A DNA stretch of 61,638 nt, the filler included, from Choristocarpus tenellus KU-1152 (Eukaryota > Protista > Phaeophyceae): NCBI GenBank assembly GCA_964200185.2. It is 13 parts of 13 records of this genome, joined end to end, with 100 filler letters (N's around TTAATTAATTAA, not from the genome) between each part and the next. Parts side by side here need not be neighbours in the genome. Positions count along the whole stretch, not along the records: positions 18,875 to 30,952 come from CAXNAD020001988.1; positions 31,053 to 36,990 come from CAXNAD020009365.1; positions 37,091 to 40,273 come from CAXNAD020021716.1; 10 more parts are not named here. One strand, written 5' to 3'. Position numbers and translations under genes: made by a program. Under the pieces are notes generated by a model. The model did no database searches. It saw only the letters and a list, made by a program, of their open reading frames with translations, and was not told the origin of the DNA. How positions within the stretch are numbered: the stretch's first letter is position 1; each line of letters opens with the position of its first letter. Of this stretch, positions 26,550 to 38,483 are shown in pieces.

Positions 26550-27779
26550 GATATCTTCCACTACAAGAGGGCAGCAGTCTCAACGAAATGAAAGTGTGAA
26601 CAAGAATATTAGTAAGGGGGAAAGGGATTGAGTGTGGGGAGAAGTTGTTTTTTGTAAAATGTGAGGTCATTCTACATCTTACGTCACTTTGCCTCCTTTG
26701 TTAGAAAATTGAAAAATATTATAGTGATATTTTTGTTGATAGAAGCTATTGTTATCAACCTCAAGATAAAGAACAGATTTCTTTGGCCATCCACCATTTT
26801 TATATGAAGAAAACAAAGTGAGATATTCTTGGATAAGTTAGGCGTAGCAATTCTGTAAACTTTTACTGAACAATTTCTCATTACCTTGTTGTTGTAGAGT
26901 TTGAAGGGATGAAAGTAAGTTTGAGCACATAAATATTTTGCGGGGTGGATGGAACAATATCATCCATATTGTCTCTTGGAAAAAGTGGGAGTATACGACA
27001 TCATAGAAGGTATTGTCCCACAGTCACAACCCAATGATCAATATGTATATTTATATTATTATGCCCTCTGACATTATATATATATCATACATTGAAATAG
27101 TTCTCAACCATAAACCTTCTTAGTTTTTCCAAAAATGAAAATGTAGAAACCAATAAACGATCTAGATTTAATATTTTTCCTTCTCATATAACCAAAATTT
27201 GTATTTTGATTATTCATGTACCCCCGCACAAACTCGACTTTTAAATTCGACCGTACAGGTTCAAGTATCAAACCTAAAAAACCTACAAATTTTCCTGGAC
27301 TATACTTAATATTATAGTTAGTACCAGTAGCTTCGCCCTCTAATTTTGTGTGGTCATAACTTTTGATACAGACATCGGATAAAAGAAATAAAAATATACT
27401 CGTGATGCCTGTCGGAAGGTCCTCTAGGTAGGTTGGGCTACTCTATAGACGTGGGAAACAATTGTCTGAAACATTGTCTGAAGAGGTGGGGTAATTCAAG
27501 TGGCAAACGACTACAGCAGTTCAAAACAATGAATACGCACATGTAAATCTCATTTGGACTGAAGTTGACTTTCTCCTGTATCACCCAGTCTCCTTCGAAC
27601 ATGGGGACAGCTCTTTATAACATGCCATGACAGGCCTCTCAGCCATCCTGAATAAAGGTGTGTCCCAATGACAGTACCTCTTGACATTTGAGTTGTTTTG
27701 TTGATACTTGGTGCTGATTTTAATAATAATCTTTATTGTGTTGTGTTTATTGCAAGGCACACAATCTTGTGAGTCTGAG

Positions 27780-29560
27780 CCTGAGCCTGAGCCACAAGAG
27801 CCCATCGATTGGAAACGACAAGATTCTTGCTTACGGAATGAGAAAAGCAATTGCTGTACCTGCCACTAGAGGAGCAAGACGTTAGCAGGAGCAGTAACTA
27901 AGCCTCTCACCACAAAGGAGAGAAGGAGCTAACCGTGGGGAGTCTGGGAGCACTCTAGCCCCTGGGACGATAAACTCGTGGAAGAGGAAACAGAAGGTCA
28001 GCGGAGGAGGCGGTCAAGGTACAACTGGTCAACGTACGGACGATATCACAACAGGATCCCCTACCAGAGAGAGATCAGGACCAACAGAAGATGTTTAAAA
28101 TGTGGTCTGATCAAGTATATTGGTCCTTGTTCTTTCGAAGGAATATGCTACAACTGTGGAGATAAAGGAGACCTTCAGATTGTTTGTCGCCAGAGGAGAG
28201 CGACATCGTCTAAACAGGCGGAGGAATTAGCTGGACATACTTCAAAGGGGTCACGACTTGGTATGGAGACAATCGAGGTGCAATTCTAGCAGCGATAACC
28301 ATCGGATAATTTCAATGGACGGACAAGGCAGTCACATCAAACTAGAATGCACCAGGGAGTATGTTAGCAGAGGATTTTTGAGGCATCCTGGGGGAGCTGG
28401 ACATACTTTCAAAGGGGTCACGACTTGGTATGGGACAATCGAGGTGCAATTCTAGGAGCGATAACCATCGGATAATTTCAATGGACGGGCAAGGCATGTC
28501 ACATCAAACTAGAATGCACCAGGGAGTATGTCAGCAAAGGGCTGCCTGCACAAGACTTGTAAGTCTGGGAAGTAAATAATATCTACTCCAGACCATCAAG
28601 AACCATCTTCTATATCAAAGGTACCCTGACGAGTAAGGTTGTCAGCAAAGTGCTGCCTGCACAAGACTTGTAAGTCTGGGAAGTAAATAAATAATATCTA
28701 CTCCAGACCATCAAGAACCATCTTCTATATCAGAGACCCTCACTGGGCCTGACACACGAGAATGACAAGCGGCAATGGAGAAGATGGAGCAACAGTGGAT
28801 GAAAGGAACATTCATAGAGGGAGAGGTTTTGACATGGGGAAGAAATCTTGTCAAGACTTATTCTGAATTTAAGATAAAGCCAATAGCTGAGGGGACTAGT
28901 GAACAGTTCAAGACCAGGTTGGTGGCACAGGATTGACTCAACGAGAGGATGTACAAGACATTCAATTATGATAGGCTTCATGGTTCTTGGGGAGTGAGTG
29001 CTACGTCCAACCAGAGAAACAGCAAAAGGGGGCTGGTTCAGATTTTTAACCATACACTAAGCGAGGGGTCATCATGGGACATGATTGTATATCACTGTGT
29101 TGGTGCATCTGAAGAAGCAAGTACAAGACTTCGTAGACACTACGTTGACTAGATGAATGACGTATGTTCGAGTTCAAGCAATCAGTGTTCTTTTACTGCA
29201 TTGACAGGATAAATACCATCTGTGTGACCCAAAGTATCTGGGGGGGGGGGGGGGGGGGGGCGCGGGGGGTAGGGCGGGTCTACACCAGAGTGTCTATTTG
29301 GACCAAAACCAGGAAAAGTGAACTTTCATTATCCATCCAACGTATGGAACCAAATCACCCAAAAATTGCGATATGAAAAAATTGGCCCCAAATGGACAGC
29401 CACCCCCCCCCCCAGATAATTTGAGCCTGTGAAAGTTGAGCCGATTTTTTTCCCCTCTTAATTCCACTCTCATGGGGGAGTGTGCAGAATGGGGAGTGTG
29501 CACAATAAGATGTTTTAGGTTTGAGAGTTCCAGTTGGACAACTTCATGTCGTTGAGGCCC
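27780..29560 (+). mobile_element. Heavily deleted and rearranged Ty1/Copia element (gag zinc knuckle, duplicated RNase H fragment, RT fragment, 3' region)
   Basis: CYNCGDKGDLQIVC knuckle (~28145-28190); RNase H piece HIKLECTREYVS present twice (~28222-28380 and ~28390-28540); RT motif FKTRLVAQ (~28907-28930); 3' region homologous to 3030-3230 (-). Confidence 0.75.
29226..29427 (+). mobile_element. MITE subfamily A inserted in a Copia remnant
   Basis: gacccaaagtatctggggg ... cccagataatttgagcc; flanking tgt(g) is duplicated. Confidence 0.88.
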
Positions 29561-30285
29561 TTCACCTGCTCCTTTTCTCCATACTACTGACAAATAGGAT
29601 TATCTCCCAAGGTAAATTGCACACTCCTCACTCCAGAAAAATAGTGGGAAATTTAAGATACGGAAGTGAGCTGTGAGTACCCTAAGGAAGTAGTCTACGT
29701 TCTTTCTAAAACTCTTCTAGTACTGCCTTTATCTCACCTGGTTCTCAGTTCGGGTGGCCCTGCAAGGAGTTATGAGGCACCCCAATGTGGTTTTATTCTG
29801 GGAGCAAGGGGGATGGATGAATGTGAACACTTTTAGTGCAAGTTGTACTCGAACATAATATGCGCCTGAGTGGGGACACTTCAGCAACCAGTTAATATTG
29901 TAAAAGTGGTGAAATTTTCACAAAAACATGAAGAGATGCACATCAGCTCTCCAATATGCAGTACGATAATGGAAAAATGTCATCTCCCCCTTCACGTGAA
30001 TCTGATCGTTATTCCCTTTGACTGTCTTCTTTAATATATTTGTCTTTCTAAATGTTTTAATTTTGATTTTGTCCCCCATCTCTTGTGTATTTTGATGCAT
30101 GCCCACAGTAGTCAAGTGACAGCTGTGATGTTTTATGCAGACTGACTTCAGATAGAACTACTAAAGTCAGGGAGAGGCTTTCCTCGTGTTTGTGTGTATG
30201 GTATTTCAGTGATAAGTCAATTGTTTAGTACTACCTTTTTCCAAAGATTCACTTTAGGCGTGACACTAGGGATATTTCCAGGATC

Positions 30286-30772
30286 GTGGGAGACGCATTT
30301 TGGTATCGCTAAGGACCTACAGTAGAAAACACCCCAGGACGTGTTCGTAGAGATTGTGATAGGTTAGGTAGGAAGTGACAGTTCCACCATATTACTTTGT
30401 TCCGAAGATTTGTAGTAGTGATGTACTAGGGAAGTTTTGTTGATTGTAGGAGACGCTGGATGTATTGCTAAGGACCCTGCCATTTCATGGATTATGGGAG
30501 ACGCAATGGGACATCGCTAAGGACTTGCAGGAGAAAGTACCCCATAATGTTTCCACTGGAGACTACAATAGGGAAGTAGATATGAGGTAGGATTTGTATT
30601 CTGATGATCTGCAGTAGTGATGTACTAGGGAGGTTTCGTTGATTGTAGGAGACGCTGGATGTATTGCTAAGGACCCTGCCATTTTATGGATTGTGGGAGA
30701 CGCAATGGGACATCGCTAAGGACTTGCAGGAGAAAGTACCCCACAATGTTTCCACTGGAGGCTGCAGTAGGA
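30286..30772 (+). repeat. Tandem repeat (~200-bp unit, 2 copies plus a partial) containing a recurring ~27-bp GGAGACGC...GCTAAGGAC submotif; diverged copy at ~31570-31850
   Basis: Near-identical blocks at ~30412-30571 and ~30611-30770. Confidence 0.85.
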
Positions 30773-32772
30773 TGACAGTTTAGAATTGATAACTGATGTT
30801 TTTGTACCTACACAGACCCAATGTCACCATTGATGTTAAGTATATTTATTACTTTGTTTTTGAGAGAGTTAGCAGAAGTTTGTTTCTTTCTTCAAATTTT
30901 CAGAGAAGTAGATTCTAAGGGTGTATAGTATCTGCGCAGCAAGGGAGAGTGTNNNNNNNNNNNNNNNNNNNNNNNNNNNNNNNNNNNNNNNNNNNNTTAA
31001 TTAATTAANNNNNNNNNNNNNNNNNNNNNNNNNNNNNNNNNNNNNNNNNNNNTAGTGAAAGTGCACTTTTCCTGGTTTTGCCCCAAATGGACCCTCTGGT
31101 GGTGTAGCCCCCCCCCCCCCCAGATACTTTGGGTCTCCAAACTAGCCCCAGTATCGTCAGCCCACTCAATCCGCTGCTTCCTTACTTGCCACTTGCTGAT
31201 GAGCCTACCATTGGGGAAGTGAGCAATGTTGTATGCTCTCTGGCCAACCAAAAACGCTGTGGGCCCTGATGACCTTCCTATGAAACTCCTGGGAACTGGG
31301 ACTTGACGTAGATCCCCTTCCCCTCCAGGTCTTCCATAGCATCATTCTTGATGTGTAGCGGTCAGAGGAGGCCGTTCGTAGATAGTGCTACTAATGCACT
31401 ATATATTCCACCAGTGGATTAGGTAATAGGATGGAGAGCCAGTGATAGATATATCGTATGTATTGACTCACTAGTGTCCATTGATTTTGGTGTCATGTTC
31501 AAGATACACTTGCTATACTTAAGACAAGTAGATTAATGATTCATAGTAAATTAGTGTGGGCGATAACACCCCACAAAGTGTTCGTAGAGATTGTGATACG
31601 ATAGGTAGGAAGCAACAGCCCCACCATATTATTTATTCCGGTGACTTGTAGTAGTGATGTACTAGGGAGATTTTGTTGATGTAGTAGGAGACGCTACATG
31701 TACTGCGAAGGGCCCTGCCATTTCATGGACCGTGGGAGACGCAACATATTATTGCCAAGGACTTGCAGGAGAAAGTACCTAAGGATGCTTCCACATGAGA
31801 CTACAATAGTACAGATGGGTAGAGTAGTGACTTTTTATAGTACCTACACACCCAACGAACTTGATTATGGATCTATCTCTTTTGCCATGTTGGTCCTATC
31901 TCTGGGCCAAAGTAATTGAAAGGTAGACAAGTTTGGATTTTAAGCACCCCGAAAATGGCAAAAGACGCAATTTTGCAAAATTGGAGAAAGAGCGGAGCAA
32001 ACTACCTGATGTTTGTGTGTGGTTTGCACTGGGGCGTCCGTAATGATCCTGACAAGGTGTTAAAAAAATTGTGGAATTGCTTTCTTCAGTTAGCCTTTGT
32101 TGAAGTGTTGTCTCACTTTGTTTATGGAAAGGGGGAATATCAATTTCTTTTAAGTTATTGTGAACATGAAGCAATGTGAAATTGAGTGTATTGCACAGTA
32201 CAATAAAGATGGTCCAGAATGCAAAGGGTTCAAAACCTTACAGTATACTGTAGCGTATATACGGTTTTGTTTTTTTGACACAAATGCGATAAGGTATAAT
32301 AATGCCGTTGTTACACATTTATTTGAACATTATTAGTGTAATCATCTTCATTTATACAACACCAGTTTTTCTTACTCATACTCTTCCATCGCATAAACCG
32401 AAACCCTATAACATACCATTTATCGGTTAAATTGATAATGAGTGTTCTTCAAATAAGTATGAAGGAAAGATTGAACTTTCGGCTCCTTAACAATTCGTTA
32501 GATATATTAGATATATCCATCAAGAGTTTGAAAGAAAAATAGGTTTTTGTTGAGAGTATTACGTGGAAGAATTGATGTTAGTTCTACCAAGTGCATAATA
32601 ATGACGTCATAAACTCATTTTTTCTAAAGGATCTTGTTCACAAGAACATTACTCAAAACAGATTATTCCACCACATCTACATATCGTCCTTCTTATGATA
32701 AAACCGGAAGAATAGCTGAATTGGGATTGGACCTACAACCCAACAGATAGGTGGCTACACAGGAGTTTTGTC

Positions 32773-33722
32773 ATGGCAGCTTTCAAAGAGATCCACCAGA
32801 GGTTTCCTATGGTTTTGAACAGCGCAGTAGGTTACCTCGTCTTTGCTGGAGGTGATATGATGGCCCAGCAGTTAGAGAAGGTCGATGCAGAAACCGAATG
32901 GGACAGTCGACGTTCGTTGTCTATAGGTCTTCTTGGGATCTGGCAAAATGGTGTGCTTCTTCATTTCTGGTACAGAGCTCTGGATCGGTTCGTTAGTCCC
33001 AAGGTACCTGCCTGTCTCAAACTTGGATACAATTTCGACCCTGGTGACGACCGAAAATTACTGCTGGGAAGATATTTCGGCATGCGTATCTTCTCATCAG
33101 GCCATCACGGGTGTGTCCTAAATCTATTTTGAGGGAGTGGGAAGAGGACGAGTTAGTGCATCCTTCATATATCCATACTTTTTCGCTTGTTGGAACCGAC
33201 GATATCACATCACACCGCACCACTAGATACGACGGGATTCGGAAGCCGCCTGTATATACCCTAACACAATTGGAAGATCGCACACAAAACTCAACCATAT
33301 ATTGGAACCAATATTTTTTCTCTTATCGCCTCCCGTTCAAGGTGGACGTGGCTAGTGTCCTGAAGAAGATAGCCTGTGATGAAGCCGTGTTTGCCCCCCA
33401 GCTTGCATGCAGTTACCTTGCAACCTCCGCTTATATTTCCTCTTCTACCTCGGGGAATAGTGTGGAAGACCGCTGGAGGGCAGTTCGCCAGAACGTGCTA
33501 GACAAGGCACTGACGACATGGTCGAATGATCTCAAGCTGTGGCCAGCAGCAAATTTCATTGGTTTCACATTTATCCCCCGAAATGTGAGGCCGATTTATG
33601 CCAGCGCCGTCCAACTTGCATGGCAGTGCTACTTGAGTAAGGTTGGGTTCAGCCCACCTAACGATTTAAAGACTGATAGTGGGGGAGATTTGGGAACGAC
33701 GGGGGATGGATTCATTACATAG
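32773..33722 (+). CDS. Mpv17/PMP22 (SYM1-like) family membrane protein; exons 32773-33003 and 33342-33722
   Basis: GDMMAQQLE, WDSRRSL, LHFWYRALDR, KKIACDEAVFAP and LWPAANFIGFTFIPRNVRPIYASAVQLAWQCYLS. Phase-0 intron AAG|gtacct...ttcaag|GTG gives ~203 aa. Confidence 0.88.
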
Positions 33723-35034
33723 CAACAAGTGCAGTTGGCTCTACAGGTGGCGAAGATTTATGGAGGTAAGTTGACCCTGCCATAGAATCTGCTAAGGTCA
33801 TGATGCTCTGGCAGTTACATATCGGTACGCGTGGATCAGACTTCTCGTCACCTGAGATGCGAGGACTTTTTCAACCTTTCCGATGAGTAGATTACTCCTT
33901 TTGTTTTTATTCTGCAACTTTGCTACTGTTCTCACAGGAAGGGGTTACACTTAGTTTTGCAGGATACCTGTATCAGACTTTTCGGATGTTTTCACGATTT
34001 TTGCAAGGAGTGGAGATGGTTCGCTTGAAGATGTAGATGAGATAGATACAGGGGCAAAGGCTGTACGAAGTGTATAAATCGTATGCATGGTAGGATAGAG
34101 TGATTTTTGTCCTGAGGCAGCTAGCTTATAGTTCCTATTACAGGATGTCAACTGCTGAAGAATTGAGTGAAAGTGTATGTAAGGTGATACCTGATTACGA
34201 GGACCCCGGAAGGATAGTTTGATCTAACCCTTCCAAAGAAGTTTCAAGGTTGAAGTTAAATGATATTGCTGAGGTCTGGCGTTGCAGCTTTGGGTTGTTC
34301 TGTGATTAGGCATCTCTGATGGTATTGAATCTCTTTCATTCGAGAGGGAGGGTTTGGACCTTGATTGATTGTTGATAGTCACCTTACCACAGAGACAGCT
34401 GACACGGGAAAAGATCTGTATCATGTCTACCTTCTCTTGAGAAAGAGACAACCTGCTTCGCATGTTGATCTTACGAATTGATGACGTAGTTCTCAAAGAG
34501 GTGTGAATAATTGCTATTTTCCCCATCCCATTATCTGGCATGGAGATATTTCGTGTGTTGTGCTGGATTTTTAATTGTATCCTCACCGATCAACAGTGAC
34601 TGTTGCTATTTTATAGTATTCAGATTAGGACATGGGGAAAACCCTACTACACAATGAGTAGCGATTTGAAGAGTTTGATGTGATTTGGTTTGATGATAAG
34701 CATAGAGGTGGCTGTATCCGAACAAGGATATCATGATGATATATTCTGTTGTTGTACTTTGTATTGGTTACTCCAGGGTAGGTTGTTATTTATAGGGTAT
34801 GTTGGCCTAACTGTTCACCAACTGACTTTTGGATTTGTGAACAAGTAAAAATGTAAGGCTAGGTCCTGAAGGCTCTTCCTATAGAACTAGTGACAAGTAT
34901 ATACTCCTTATTTTATATATACAAGAATTCTTAACTCATCATGGCGCATACTCCAAAGTCAGGAGCATGTCTTACCTCCCACATTGAAACAAGGCATATT
35001 TACATGTATATAATTATGGGGTTTTCTCTCTTAT

Positions 35035-35292
35035 GAGTCAAAGTAAATGAGAGGTATCCAGGGTTGCATATTTAGGATGCTTACAATAGCGTACAAAGAA
35101 ATCTTTTTTCCAAAATGCGCGTATAAGGTATTTTCTGAATTGTGTCCAAAATTTTCAAAAATAGAGAAATCAATGCTCCCAAGCCAAAATTAGTACTTCA
35201 TATAAGAGATATGGGTGAATTGCGAAAGGTTTTAAGAATGGCTTTAAATGCAAAACCACCGAAACCTAGGTACCTCTCGTTTACTTTGTCTC
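35035..35292. mobile_element. MITE subfamily D (258 bp)
   Basis: TIR gagtcaaagtaaatgagaggtatcc ... ggtacctctcgtttactttgtctc with a perfect TSD TTAT (35031-35034 / 35293-35296). A second copy lies at ~58140-58400. Confidence 0.88.
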
Positions 35293-37208
35293 TTATTCTG
35301 GGATGTATGGATCTATCGGTAGAATGTAGAAGAAGAAACAGGAATTGCTGTGGTGATTGACACTCGATTTCCTCCACATGGTACATTCTTGGACCTCTAA
35401 CAGTACATCGAGGACTGCAGTGTGCTTCAACAGATGTCGTGTATATATGAGACACACAGTTGTGTCTCACCTTGAGCAATGTGTACACTGTATTGTGAGA
35501 GAGGAAACTCCTTGCTAGCGCATCCTTAGAATCTCTGAGGTGAAAATGAACTGCTGGGAGTTCAAACTTTGAATTGAATGGGGTTTCAAGGATGATTGTG
35601 GTTTAGAAAATTGAGCCGTCGAATTATCATTCTTGTCTTCATATTTTGTTTTGGTTTGTTGATCCTCATGTAATACTTGCAACAAGAAATATTGATGAGT
35701 AGGACAAACGGAGTCAATCCAAAGGTTGACTACTAGAAAGAAAGGTGATACTGCAATTTCATCATTGTAGCACCTGATGCAGAGGTACACATGTTTTTTT
35801 GCACTATATGCCTCTCTGACTAACCCCTGCGGAATCCACGCTATTTTCATGTTTTCTGTGGACACCAGAAGCCGCCCAAAACGAAGGTATTGCTACAGAA
35901 GAGAGACAAGAAAAAGTGGCCACAATTGAGCAAGGGGTCATTTGTACTGTGTAGAATGATGTGATGTTTGCTGATTTCTGGGGATCCTTTCAATGCAAAC
36001 GTATGTATCTCTTGGTTACTATGACTAGACAGATACCCATTTGTCGCTTGCTCTTGTCTCTAAGATATACTACAACTCAACTAGTTTGGTACGTGCACTG
36101 CTTCTTACACATTAGGTTCAGTCTTTTCATTACCCTTCCTCCGTCGAAGCCAGATCGTCTTCACTGGACGCCACTGCTTTGCAAATGAAGCAACAAAAGT
36201 ATGATTTTCTACCAGGCTATACCTCACACTTATGTTAGGAGTTTCATCTCATGGTACTCCCCATGTGACTAGAATCGAAACGAAAATTTCTACCAGAAGA
36301 TAAGATCGGATTGGTGAAGGTTTGATAGGCAGGGAGTGTGATCTGACGAAACTAAATTTGCAAATACATACCTCGAACTAGTAGGTTAAAATACTACAAA
36401 GTGTAACTTAGCCTTGAGGAAACACCTCTCGACCCTGAGTTTGTCTCTCTGATATAAAAAAATAATAGTAAAACACCTTATCAGGAAATCGTTCATTGAC
36501 TTGAAAATCTTCAAATTCCCCATATCGTTGCTTTCTGGAATTTGTATTTTCTACAATCTGAAGGGTGATTTTGCAATTTACCTGGACAAAAGTTCATCTC
36601 CTCTTCTACAGTCACAGTCTCCAAAAGGGGTTCAAAAACATTTCAGGCGTGGGAAGTGATGTGTAGGGTGTTCGGAAAAAAAAAACTCTGAATGCTCACA
36701 AGGACCGAAACTAACCTCTCTCTAAGATTACTTTCGAATTGACAACAGAAACGAATCGGGCAGGCTTAATGGTAGCCTGTAAGATGTAGTTCTAATGTCT
36801 CAATATTGCCTTAGTGTCTTTTTCAGACCTTTATCAATTACTGTAAGCAAAACCCATTCGTGTGTTCGACGTTTTGTGCAACCCATCATGCCTTTTTGGA
36901 ATGGCCCTCAGAAGTTGTTAGCATCCAATCTGATAATTCAACTGATTTGATAACGGCAGTTGCTATTGAAGACCCAAAGTATCTGGGAGGNNNNNNNNNN
37001 NNNNNNNNNNNNNNNNNNNNNNNNNNNNNNNNNNTTAATTAATTAANNNNNNNNNNNNNNNNNNNNNNNNNNNNNNNNNNNNNNNNNNNNCCCCACAGAT
37101 ACTTTGGGTCCAAAACACTCACACATCATCTCAATTTCAAACCCCACCCGTGATGTAAACGCCTAACAAGACGATGTCGACTCAACCCCCGCCACACCGG
37201 ACCTTGTA

Positions 37209-38483
37209 TCAAGCGTTCGATTGCTCCTTCCAACTGAGTTCAATTAGACGGAGAAACGCCTTCTTCTTCGCTTCATACCCAGCGCGTTCAATCTTCCCCT
37301 GTATCCTCAGCTCTTCCTGCATCATCCTCAACTCCTTGTGCCTCGCCAGGATGGCATCCTCCTCCGCCAAGATCAATTCCTCCCGCCTCCTCAGCTTCAA
37401 CAGAGCCGACGCCAAAGACTTCTCATTCTTCCGCTGTGCTCGCCTCAGCATCTTTGCCTGAGACTCAAGGACAACAACAGAATCCCCGCACTCACTCGCC
37501 TCACTTACACGCCCTACCAATGAGCCCTCTATAGCCTCTCCCCGGTCACTGCCAGTGGGCACTGCTACTTCCTCCCTGCTGGAGGTCCTCCTCCGCTTGC
37601 CCACACCACCCTCCCCCTTCCCCCTCGACATCTGACCAGGACCATCGGACAGGCTCAATGTACCCGGGGTCATGCGCCTGGTCGGTGCGGAACAATTACA
37701 ACCGCCCAATAAGCCGCTTCCGCAACCGTTGCCGCTTCCTGCTCTTGAAGCCCTCTCACCACAACCCGTCGCTCCCCCCACCCCACCACCCTCCACCTCA
37801 TCCACCTGCCCTACCCTCCCCCGCTTACTCACTAAGTTTCTCGTTCCTGTAAACTCTTCAACTAACCCGCTGCCCTTCACAGCTGGCGCAGATGCTCTTC
37901 TATTCCCCGCCGAAGATCGTTTTGCCACGGACCTTCGAGGAGCCCTCGCCAACAACTCAGCTTGACCTCTTGGGGTGTCATCATCAGCTTCCCCACTCGT
38001 CCCCTCGACTTCCTCTTCTGCCCTCTCCCCCCCCTCCCCCACACGAAGATCCCTCCCCGTACCCCCTTCAACGCCCTCCTCCAGTCCTCCACACGATTGG
38101 GTGGGAATCTCTGATTCACTTGGCAACTCACCTCCAGTAGGTAATCTTTCGAGGTCATCTTCAAGAACCGTGGCATCGAGCCTAAGTTCACTCAGGAGCT
38201 TTTTCATTTCATCCGTCCTGTTATTCCGCAAGCAGTGCAGTTCTGCCACTGAGAGCGTTATGCAACCAGGGCAAGTTGGAGGGCGATCCTCTGAACTACC
38301 GCCACCGCTCTCTTCCCCCTTCCGCTCAGGGAAAGATATACAGATCAATTCACTATCTCCCATCCTGTGTGCTTTTCCATTGTCTCGAACATACTGAATA
38401 GCCCACAGGCGGAAGACCTCTGCAGCAAGAATGGGATGCATGCTGCCGCTATTGCCTCCTGCCCCACCCTGGGGCCGGCACAC
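37209..38483 (-). CDS. Unassigned 424-codon intronless ORF, Gly/Glu/Arg-rich with a C-terminal coiled coil
   Basis: Longest ORF in the track. Heptad-like C-terminus (EELILAEEDAILARHKELRMMQEELRIQGKIE). No recognisable domain; the start is uncertain. Confidence 0.4.
   Translation of the reverse strand: MCRPQGGAGGNSGSMHPILAAEVFRLWAIQYVRDNGKAHRMGDSELICISFPERKGEESGGGSSEDRPPTCPGCITLSVAELHCLRNNRTDEMKKLLSELRLDATVLEDDLERLPTGGELPSESEIPTQSCGGLEEGVEGGTGRDLRVGEGGERAEEEVEGTSGEADDDTPRGQAELLARAPRRSVAKRSSAGNRRASAPAVKGSGLVEEFTGTRNLVSKRGRVGQVDEVEGGGVGGATGCGERASRAGSGNGCGSGLLGGCNCSAPTRRMTPGTLSLSDGPGQMSRGKGEGGVGKRRRTSSREEVAVPTGSDRGEAIEGSLVGRVSEASECGDSVVVLESQAKMLRRAQRKNEKSLASALLKLRRREELILAEEDAILARHKELRMMQEELRIQGKIERAGYEAKKKAFLRLIELSWKEQSNA

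Noticed and set aside
30286-30772. CRISPR-like array
   Set aside because: The intervening sequences are themselves repeated and uneven in length, the repeats are degenerate, there are no cas genes and the context is eukaryotic.
33800-35870. Possible minus-strand exons of a Ser-rich gene
   Set aside because: Some splice-like sites exist, but I could not build a convincing phase-consistent model or find homology.
36971-37110. One MITE spanning the gap
   Set aside because: The two TIR halves lie on separate contigs and their flanks (tgaa/caaa) do not form a TSD.
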